A DNA stretch of 61,731 nt, the filler included, from Nemertoderma westbladi (taxonomy: Eukaryota > Animalia > Xenacoelomorpha): assembly GCA_032718475.1 (NCBI GenBank). It is 3 parts of 3 records of this genome, joined end to end, with 100 filler letters (N's around TTAATTAATTAA, not from the genome) between each part and the next. Parts side by side here need not be neighbours in the genome. Positions count along the whole stretch, not along the records: positions 45,386 to 61,731 come from JAUCBJ010002809.1; 2 more parts are not named here. One strand, given 5' to 3'. Position 1 is the first letter of the stretch; each line of letters opens with the position of its first letter. The position numbers and the translations under genes were made by a program. Below are positions 48,924 to 61,731 of this stretch, piece after piece. Below the pieces are notes generated by a model. It saw only the letters and a list, made by a program, of their open reading frames with translations, did no database searches and was not told where the DNA came from.

Positions 48924-50543
48924 TTAATTATCGCCAACGGACAGGTTGCTCACGGCCTCAGTAAGGTCAGCGGATCCGTACAACTTGGATTTAATACGAT
49001 TGGTGAGAGCGGATGATTGTTCAGCCGAGGTGTCGAGGTAGCCTGTCGCCTGGTTACGGACGCTCGTGCTGTACTCCTCGTCGTTCACCTTGTCTAGCTG
49101 CCCGAGGATAATACAATGAGAGGCCTTCACAGCGAGTTCGAGACTGAGCACACCCACCAGTAGGTCGACGAGGGTAACACAGTCAACGGACTCAACAATA
49201 TCGGCGACAGCGGGCCAACAACCCGTAACCAGGTCGCCCAGTCGCAGATGGGTGTCTAACAACCGCCGCCTACCGAGGTCTATCAGACAGGTCCCCTCGG
49301 CGGCGGCAGACACCCCCTGACCTAGACGCACCGAATCCAGGGCCACAGCCTCCATGTCCGCCAGCGGCATGAGATTGAGCATGGTCTCGTGTAGACGCAC
49401 GACAGCCCGTTGGACTGGCGGGTTTCCGGGGGGACTTCTCCACCCGGAAGTCGTAGCGAGAGCGGCGCCCAACGCCGCCACAACCGCAGCCACAGTGCCG
49501 CCCCCGGGCACCACGGAACGCGATCCCACATTCCGCACCAAGTTCTTTAAGCTCGTCGACAATAATGGCCCCTCGCTAACCTCATCCTTAATCATAAACT
49601 CAATAATCCTCTCTTTGGGTACAAACAATCCGAACGAGTTGAGTCCCAGTCGGTCGACAACTAGACGAATCTTCTGGTCCTCTTCCACTATAAACAAGGC
49701 CTCGAGGTCGATGTAACGGTTGGCAGCGTCGATGATCGCTTGTAGAGGAACCAAACCGACGATTTGGGAGCCGACAACGCAGATACCGAGGCCTTTAGCG
49801 ATATCAACGACTGCGTTATAGACCTCGACGAGAGAGGTCGTCTTGTAATCGGATATGTTCATAGAGACTTGAGACACATTCGCCTCCTCTAGATACCAAC
49901 CGATAGACTGCACGTTGTTTAGGGAGTCCGCTAGACGGCCAGCCACAAGGGAGGCCTCCTCCTTGCTGGCGAGGAGGTTGACGCTGTAAGAGACGAGGAA
50001 GTTACGCGCGCCGACCAAGGAGACGCCCCAGTTGGGGACCAACTCGCAGGGCCCGTAATCCGGCTCCTCGTTGGCTAGCAACTCCTCCAGACCCTCGTAC
50101 TCCCGGTCCCGCACGTACGAGACATCCCGTCGCTCGGGGCGACTCGCCGCCTCCCCGTACAGGTAACTCGCCACCCCCAACTCGTCGGCTAGCCGCTCCG
50201 CAAGCCAGCGAGCGCACCGCACGCAGTCGGCCATCGTCGCGTTCTGTACCGGTACGAACGGACACACATCGAGAGCGCCGACTCGCGGGTGATCCCCGAA
50301 GTGTTCCGACATGTCGATGGAGGTGTAGGCGACCTTGGCGGCGTTGAACGCGCCCTCGACGACGGCCTCGGGGCAACCCACGAAGGTAAAGACAGTGCGA
50401 TTGGTTGTAACTCCGGGATCCACGTCCAATAAAGTGCAGCCGTCAGTGGATGCGATAGAAGTCGCCAGACTCTCAACCACCTCTTTATGGCGACCATCGG
50501 AGAAGTTTGGGGCGCATTCAATAACGGGAGTGAAAGGGAACAT
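48924..50543 (-). CDS. FTCD: Formimidoyltransferase-cyclodeaminase-like protein, 539 aa, single coding exon, nested in the MK2 intron
   Basis: IECAPNFSDGR, LLDVDPG.TTNRTV.TFVG, IDMSEH.G.HPR.GALDVCPFVPV, GARNFL, IGWYLEE, SQIVGLVPL, RLGL...F.PKERIIE, PGGG.VAA. Confidence 0.92.
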   Translation of the reverse strand: MFPFTPVIECAPNFSDGRHKEVVESLATSIASTDGCTLLDVDPGVTTNRTVFTFVGCPEAVVEGAFNAAKVAYTSIDMSEHFGDHPRVGALDVCPFVPVQNATMADCVRCARWLAERLADELGVASYLYGEAASRPERRDVSYVRDREYEGLEELLANEEPDYGPCELVPNWGVSLVGARNFLVSYSVNLLASKEEASLVAGRLADSLNNVQSIGWYLEEANVSQVSMNISDYKTTSLVEVYNAVVDIAKGLGICVVGSQIVGLVPLQAIIDAANRYIDLEALFIVEEDQKIRLVVDRLGLNSFGLFVPKERIIEFMIKDEVSEGPLLSTSLKNLVRNVGSRSVVPGGGTVAAVVAALGAALATTSGWRSPPGNPPVQRAVVRLHETMLNLMPLADMEAVALDSVRLGQGVSAAAEGTCLIDLGRRRLLDTHLRLGDLVTGCWPAVADIVESVDCVTLVDLLVGVLSLELAVKASHCIILGQLDKVNDEEYSTSVRNQATGYLDTSAEQSSALTNRIKSKLYGSADLTEAVSNLSVGDN

Positions 50544-51757
50544 GTTGATGAAGGATAAATCGATATGGTTTATACAACTACTGGCTGAAGTCCTGTAGTT
50601 GTACCGGCACTCTGTCGTTATTAATTACTGCAGTTCTCTGACTATATTACCGGTAAACAATTACAAATAATAGGCCTAATTTTAATCTTTCCGATCTACT
50701 TTAAACATAAACTTTGAGGTTTATAAGGAGAGGATAGAACCGCAGTAGGCGGTAGCAAGAGAGGACTCATAATGTCTAAAAAAAAACGCTAACGGAATAA
50801 TAAATCGATACGATATAGCGCTGTCTCGTCAGGCAATCATACCCAGAGAGACAAACTGTCTTTCATAAAATTTAAATTGAGTATTGCAAAAGAACTGTAG
50901 AGGTAAACGGAATCAAACCAGTCAGTCATAAACACGCAAGATGGGCTTACCACCTACCGGTATTACATTGTTTGATTGGGTCACTATGACTACCAGTAGA
51001 AGAAACCAATCAATGCGTATGATTATGTATTCGCAGTAAAATAAAGGATTACAAAAGATTTCACTGTTAAGCCTAATAATACAACCACTTCGCAACAACT
51101 CAGTGAGGGAGGGACTCAGGCTTCGTGGCCAATATAAATAAATAATCATCCCGTTCCCGTAACCTGCGCCGATGAGCCAACCCGCAACCCACAAAATGCC
51201 AATTAATTCCATTTCACCGGCTAAATAAATTGATTATCGCAGATTGCATTAAAACGTTTAATTAACACCACAACGGTAAACAAACAGCACGGTAAGTTAA
51301 GTATTACCTTCTTTCACTGTTTCACAAATTTACTGACAGAAAATGATTAGGACGGATCCCTTGATGGGTAATCTGCCAACTTTTCCTTTTCATGTAACAC
51401 GTAATTTTATTCCCCAAAATTTACCTCCCTCTCTCTATCCCTCACGGCCACGGGTAACGTAATTCGCGTCTTTACAGCTTCTGTTTGTATAGACGCGGCG
51501 TTTACTTTGGAATGGGATGATGTTGACCACAATAAAGAAACTTTTAGTTCCTTTATTGTAGAAATAAAATCCATATCCTGAACGGACGGAATCCGTTTTG
51601 CTTGAAAGAAACTGCAACACTGCGGTAATTAAACAGATTGCGGGTAGTGACAGTGACAACAGCTACGGATATCACTGGTACCGCTAACAATAATAGTTTC
51701 ACTTTCACGGTACAAGAGGAGGAGCAATCGGGCATTTATGGGAAAATAAATCAGACG

Positions 51758-51976
51758 GAAAATAAGTTGCTATTTAGGAAAATAAGTTGCTATTTAGGAA
51801 AATAAGTTGCTATTTAGGAAAATAAGTTGCTATTTAGGAAAATAAGTTGCTATTTAGGAAAATAAGTTGATATTTAGGAAAATAAGTTGCTATTTAGGAA
51901 AATAAGTTGCTATTTAGGAAAATAAGTTGATATTTAGGAAAATAAGTTGCTATTTAGGAAAATACGTGGCTATTTA
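51758..51976. repeat. 20-bp tandem repeat, ~11 copies
   Basis: Unit GGAAAATAAGTTGCTATTTA. Confidence 0.95.
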
Positions 51977-52168
51977 GATTTATAGGAATAAAGTCAAATC
52001 TAGTTATTCCTGAAATTTCGTTTATAAAACGCAATATTGTGGAATAAAGCTGTTATATTTACATGTAATACGTAATTTTATTCATAAAATATATTTTCTT
52101 CCACTATAAATCACAGAAACTAAAATCCTGAAGCTGAAATTTCCTTTCTCGACTAGAAGGTTTACGAG

Positions 52169-55100
52169 CATCTCCCAGCAACCCACTACGGTCTCTCATA
52201 CGATGTACCGTAGTATTGCATCTCCCAGCAACCCACTACGGTCTCCCATACGATGTACCGTAGTATTGCATCTCCCAGCAACCCACTACGGTCTCCATAC
52301 GATGTACCGTAGTATTGCATCTCCCAGCAACCCACTACGGTCTCCATACGATGTACCGTAGTATTGCATCTCCCAGCAACCCGCTACGGTCTCCCATACG
52401 ATGTACCGTAGTATTGCATCTCCCAGCAACCCGCTACGGTCTCCCATACGATGTACCGTAGTATTGCATCTCCCAGCAACCCGCTACGGTTTCCCATACG
52501 AAGTACCGTAGTATTGCATCTCCCAGCAACACACTACGGTCTCCATACGATGTACCGTAGTACTGCATCTCCCAGCAACCCACTAGGGTCTCCAATACGA
52601 TGTACCGTAGTATTGCATCTCCCAGCAACCCACTACGGTCTCCATACGATGTACCGTAGTACTGCATCTCCCAGCAACCCACTAGGGTCTCCAATACGAT
52701 GTACCGTAGTATTGCATCTCCCAGCAACCCACTACGGTCTCCATACGATGTACCGTAGTATTGCATCTCCCAGCAACCCACTACGGTCTCCATACGATGT
52801 ACCGTAGTATTGCATCTCCCAGCAACCCGCTACGGTCTCCCATACGATGTACCGTAGTATTACATCTCCCAGCAACCCGCTACGGTTTCCATACGATGTA
52901 CCGTAGTACTGCATCTCCCAGCAACCCACTAGGGTCTCCAATACGATGTACCGTAGTATTGCATCTCCCAGCAACCCGCTACGGTCTCCCATACGATGTA
53001 CCGTAGTATTGCATCTCCCAGCAACCCACTACGGTCTCCATACGATGTACCGTAGTACTGCATCTCCCAGCAACCCACTAGGGTCTCCAATACGATGTAC
53101 CGTAGTATTGCATCTCCCAGCAACCCACTACGGTCTCCATACGATGTACCGTAGTATTGCATCTCCCAGCAACCCACTACGGTCTCCATACGATGTACCG
53201 TAGTATTGCATCTCCCAGCAACCCGCTACGGTCTCCCATACGATGTACCGTAGTATTGCATCTCCCAGCATCCCACTACGGTCTCCACACGATGTACCGT
53301 AGTATTGCATCTCCCAGCAACCCGCTACGGTCTCCACACGATGTACCGTAGTATTGCATCTCCCAGCAACCCACTACGGTCTCCCATACGATGTACCGTA
53401 GTATTGCATCTCCCAGCAACCCGCTACGGTCTCCATACGATGTACCGTAGCATTGCATCTCCCAGCAACCCGCTACGGTCTCCATATGATGTACCGTAGT
53501 ATTGCATCTCCCAGCAACCCACTACGGTCTCCCATACGATGTACCATAGTATTGCATCTCCCAGCAACCCGCTACGGTCTCCATACGATGTACCGTAGTA
53601 TTGCATCTCCCAGCAACCCGCTACGGTCTCCCATACGATGTACCGTAGCATTGCATCTCCCAGCAACCCGCTACGGTCTCCCATACGATGTACCGTAGTA
53701 TTGCATCTCCCAGCAACCCACTACGGTCTCCCATACGATGTACCGTAGTATTGCATCTCCCAGCAACCCACTACGGTCTCCATACGATGTACCGTAGTAT
53801 TGCATCTCCCAGCAACCCGCTACGGTCTCCCATACGATGTACCGTAGTATTGCATCTCCCAGCAACCCACTACGGTCTCCATACGATGTACCGTAGTATT
53901 GCATCTCCCAGCATCCCACTACGGTCTCCATACGATGTACCGTAGTATTGCATCTCCCAGCAACCCACTACGGTCTCCCATACGATGTACCATAGTATTG
54001 CATCTCCAGCAACCCACTACGGTCTCCATACGATGTACCGTAGTATTGCATCTCCCAGCAACCCGCTACGGTCTCCCATACGATGTACCATAGTATTGCA
54101 TCTCCCAGCAACCCGCTACGGTCTCCCATACGATGTACCGTAGTATTGCATCTCCCAGCAACCCGCTACGGTCTCCCATACGATGTACCATAGTATTGCA
54201 TCTCCCAGCAACCCGCTACGGTCTCCATACGATGTACCGTAGTATTGCATCTCCCAGCAACCCGCTACGGTCTCCCATACGATGTACCGTAGTATTGCAT
54301 CTCCCAGCAACCCGCTACGGTCTCCCATACGATGTACCGTAGTATTGCATCTCCCAGCAACCCACTACGGTCTCCATACGATGTACCGTAGTATTGCATC
54401 TCCCAGCAACCCGCTACGGTCTCCCATACGATGTACCGTAGCATTGCATCTCCCAGCAACCCGCTACGGTCTCCCATACGATGTACCGTAGTATTGCATC
54501 TCCCAGCAACCCGCTACGGTCTCCATACGATGTACCGTAGTATTGCATCTCCCAGCAACCCGCTACGGTCTCCCATACGATGTACCGTAGCATTGCATCT
54601 CCCAGCAACCCGCTACGGTCTCCCATACGATGTACCGTAGTATTGCATCTCCCAGCAACCCGCTACGGTCTCCCATACGATGTACCGTAGTATTGCATCT
54701 CCCAGCAACCCGCTACGGTCTCCCATGCGATGTACCGTAGTATTGCATCTCCCAGCAACCCACTACGGTCTCCATACGATGTACCGTAGTATTGCATCTC
54801 CCAGCAACCCGCTACGGTCTCCCATACGATGTACCGTAGCATTGCATCTCCCAGCAACCCGCTACGGTCTCCCATACGATGTACCGTAGTATTGCATCTC
54901 CCAGCAACCCGCTACGGTCTCCCATACGATGTACCGTAGTATTGCATCTCCCAGCAACCCGCTACGGTCTCCCATGCGATGTACCGTAGTATTGCATCTC
55001 CCAGCAACCCACTACGGTCTCCATACGATGTACCATAGTATTGCATCTCCCAGCAACCCACTACGGTCTCCATACGATGTACCATAGTATTGCATCTCCC

Positions 55101-57176
55101 AGCAACCCGCTACGGTCTCCCATACGATGTACCGTAGCATTGCATCTCCCAGCAACCCGCTACGGTCTCCATACGATGTACCGTAGTATTGCATCTCCCA
55201 GCAACCCACTACGGTCTCCATACGATGTACCATAGTATTGCATCTCCCAGCAACCCGCTACGGTCTCCCATACGATGTACCGTAGCATTGCATCTCCCAG
55301 CAACCCGCTACGGTCTCCATACGATGTACCGTAGCATTGCATCTCCCAGCAACCCGCTACGGTCTCCATATGATGTACCGTAGTATTGCATCTCCCAGCA
55401 ACCCACTACGGTCTCCATACGATGTACCATAGTATTGCATCTCCCAGCAACCCGCTACGGTCTCCCATACGATGTAACGTAGTATTGCATCTCCCAGCAA
55501 CCCACTACGGTCTCCCATACGATGTACCGTAGTATTGCATCTCCCAGCAACCCGCTACGGTCTCCCATACGATGTACCGTAGTATTGCATCTCCCAGCAA
55601 CCCGCTACGGTCTCCCATGCGATGTACCGTAGTATTCCATCTCCCAGCAACCCACTACGGTCTCCATACGATATACCGTAGTATTGCATCTCCCAGCAAC
55701 CCACTACGGTCTCCCATACGATGTACCGTAGTATTGCATCTCCCAGCAACCCGCTACGGTCTCCCATACGATGTACCGTAGTATTGCATCTCCCAGCAAC
55801 CCGCTACGGTCTCCACACGATGTATCGTAGTATTGCATCTCCCAGCATCCCACTACGGTCTCCCATACGATGTACCGTAGTATTGCATCTCCCAGCATCC
55901 CACTACGGTCTCCACACGATGTACCGTAGTATTGCATCTCCCAGCAACCCGCTACGGTCTCCATACGATGTACCGTAGTATTGCATCTCCCAGCAACCCG
56001 CTACGGTCTCCCATACGATGTACCGTAGTATTGCATCTCCCAGCATCCCACTACGGTCTCCACACGATGTACCGTAGTATTGCATCTCCCAGCAACCCGC
56101 TACGGTCTCCACACGATGTACCGTAGTATTGCATCTCCCAGCAACCCACTACGGTCTCCCATACGATGTACCGTAGTATTGCATCTCCCAGCAACCCGCT
56201 ACGGTCTCCATACGATGTACCGTAGCATTGCATCTCCCAGCAACCCGCTACGGTCTCCATATGATGTACCGTAGTATTGCATCTCCCAGCAACCCACTAC
56301 GGTCTCCCATACGATGTACCATAGTATTGCATCTCCCAGCAACCCGCTACGGTCTCCATACGATGTACCGTAGTATTGCATCTCCCAGCAACCCGCTACG
56401 GTCTCCCATACGATGTACCGTAGCATTGCATCTCCCAGCAACCCGCTACGGTCTCCCATACGATGTACCGTAGTATTGCATCTCCCAGCAACCCACTACG
56501 GTCTCCCATACGATGTACCGTAGTATTGCATCTCCCAGCAACCCACTACGGTCTCCATACGATGTACCGTAGTATTGTATCTCCCAGCAACCCGCTACGG
56601 TCTCCATACGATGTAACGTAGTATTGCATCTCCCAGCAACCCGCTACGGTCTCCCATACGATGTAACGTAGTATTGCATCTCCCAGCAACCCACTACGGT
56701 CTCCCATACGATGTACCGTAGTATTGCATCTCCCAGCAACCCGCTACGGTCTCCCATACGATGTACCGTAGTATTGCATCTCCCAGCAACCCGCTACGGT
56801 CTCCCATACGATGTACCGTAGTATTGCATCTCCCAGCAACCCGCTACGGTCTCCCATACGATGTACCGTAGTATTGCATCTCCCAGCAACCCGCTACGGT
56901 CTCCATACGATGTACCGTAGTATTGCATCTCCCAGCAACCCGCTACGGTCTCCCATACGATGTACCGTAGTATTGCATCTCCCAGCAACCCGCTACGGTC
57001 TCCCATACGATGTACCGTAGTATTGCATCTCCCAGCAACCCGCTACGGTCTCCCATACGATGTACCGTAGTATTGTATCTCCCAGCAACCCACTACGGTC
57101 TCCCATACGATGTACCGTAGTATTGCATCTCCCAGCAACCCACTACGGTCTCCCATACGATGTACCGTAGTATTGC
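52169..57176. repeat. 49/50-bp tandem repeat, ~100 copies, intronic
   Basis: Unit CATCTCCCAGCAACCCRCTACGGTCTCCCATACGATGTACCGTAGTATTG with an internal CTACGGT/ACCGTAG stem. Confidence 0.95.
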
Positions 57177-58400
57177 CCTCCCTGGTTCGTATTCGCGTCA
57201 TCGTATCCGGAAAACCGTCCACCGGTTGTCTCTTCTGATCCAAACGCCTATTTTTTTGAGGTTTTCACGTCTCGACGCGATAGGAATTTCTCAAAGATCT
57301 TTCTCGAAATGACGTGAAATTGCGGAAATTTTAGAAACTGTTGAGGTAAATAGCCGCCATTCGGTTCGGTTCGGTTTGGGTGCAGCTTGAGATAATGAAT
57401 CACTTCGATTGTTATTCTAAATGTAGTGTGTATTCAGTGCCGCTTACTGTATACTGCCGCGGGTTGTGTACCGAACAAATATGACGATACTTTATATCAC
57501 TCTATATAGTATACAACATTGAAAAATTCTCAAATTGATTGCATACAATCGGTTACAGGAAGTCTACGATGAAAAACACACGCAAAATACAATACAAAAC
57601 TATAATACACGATCAACGGAATTCAGTGTAGAAAACGGTTGAAACAAAATAATAGAGATAGATGATCGGTTAGCAGAGACAGTTGGTGCGTTCCAGCGGT
57701 ACAAATATAAAACGTTAAAATAATATGGAATATAAAGTATTTCATTTGTTAAGAAATAAAATATCAGAAATAAACACCCTTTCTCACTGTTTTCAATTGA
57801 CCGTAATTCAACCATTCTGTCATACAGTTTATAACACTAATTATAATGCTGCACCAACTACAATATCTCTCACTATAGCGCTTTTTATATTAATTAATCG
57901 CTATTAATTAATAATATTTCCAGTAAATAACAGTAAATTCCAGTAAAAAATATGTTACGTTACGTATTATTTTGTCTTCATGTCACTTTACAACCTAAAA
58001 TTACACCACCTATTGACTAATTTATTGTTTTGGTTCGAAAAGTAATACAACTCCGTATCCTGATCATTTCCCTCCATTGATTGATGTAAATTTTTGTGAT
58101 GTTGTCATTGATGTGCCACAGGCTAAAAATGTGTAGTGCGCAGTTCATGTGCCACATGCTAAAAAATGTGCCGCTAAGCAGCAAATAAAATTAATCCACG
58201 TGGTAACACACAAAATTTACCCAAAAGTGTGTGTTTAGTGAGTCATGAGAATAAGTGACCGATGAACGTGAGTAACGAGGGCTGCCTTTCTCAATGTCAA
58301 TTAGAAATAAATTGTCAGCATTATCTCACTCTATTACAGTTAGTTAACTAATAAAAGTGAAGACGTCTGTATGAAATTGTCATTTACGAATAATCACTTA

Positions 58401-58700
<300 letters not shown>

Positions 58701-58950
58701 TCAATTCTATGGTGTTTTTCCCTGTCTCCTTAATTCCTGGCAACATAAATAAAGTACCAGTATGTCCATGAGACATAATTATTGACACAATTGATTTTAA
58801 CACGCCCGGGTTAAATTAATATGCATTGTCATTTTTACCCGTTATTGTACCGGTAACTAATAACGAATTCACCGAATATATAACACAATTTATAACTAAA
58901 ACTCTTTCCATTCATATGTATACCACTTTTTCTTGTTTGCCTCGCTATTA

Positions 58951-61600
<2,650 letters not shown>

Positions 61601-61731
61601 GGCCTATTATTATTATTTTTTTTTTATTATATCGGAACGGTTGTGTGGCCCGTCCAGCCTATAATTATTATGTTATATCATATTTATATAATAGAAAACC
61701 TAATATTATACCGGTATATAACACAAAAATA

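Noticed and set aside
48924-50543. Bacterial horizontal transfer of FTCD
   Set aside because: The fused two-domain layout and the linker (IRLVVDRLGL...PKERIIE) match animal FTCD as I recall it; lack of introns is better explained by retroposition or intron loss.
52434-57243. Many short ORFs on both strands
   Set aside because: Translations of the 49/50-bp satellite.

Overview
AT-rich, repeat-dense animal (invertebrate-like) genomic DNA with spliceosomal introns and two assembly gaps (24936-25036, 45286-45385). Host genes: three minus-strand exons of a MAPKAPK2/MK2-type kinase (59129-58996, 58610-58402, 46281-46157); an intronless FTCD-like gene nested on the same strand in the 12-kb MK2 intron; a WD40 gene cut off by a transposon end; and a candidate two-exon secreted orphan gene (40988-40860 plus 30061-29438) with a faint TGF-beta/cystine-knot pattern. 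Mobile DNA: one end of an IS3EU-like transposon that carries a frameshifted DDE transposase and an intact zinc-ribbon/HECT E3-ligase-like ORF; a complete Kolobok-type element with an intact transposase; a 3.7-kb CAC..GTG foldback element; piggyBac-type non-autonomous elements; several MITEs; two copies of a tRNA-derived SINE; a Penelope fragment with a hammerhead-like motif; and RTE, L2/CR1 and Harbinger relics. Tandem arrays of 20, 24-25, 36, 40, 48, 50, 59 and 76 bp explain most ORF-track entries. All family assignments come from motif recognition by eye; no searches were run.
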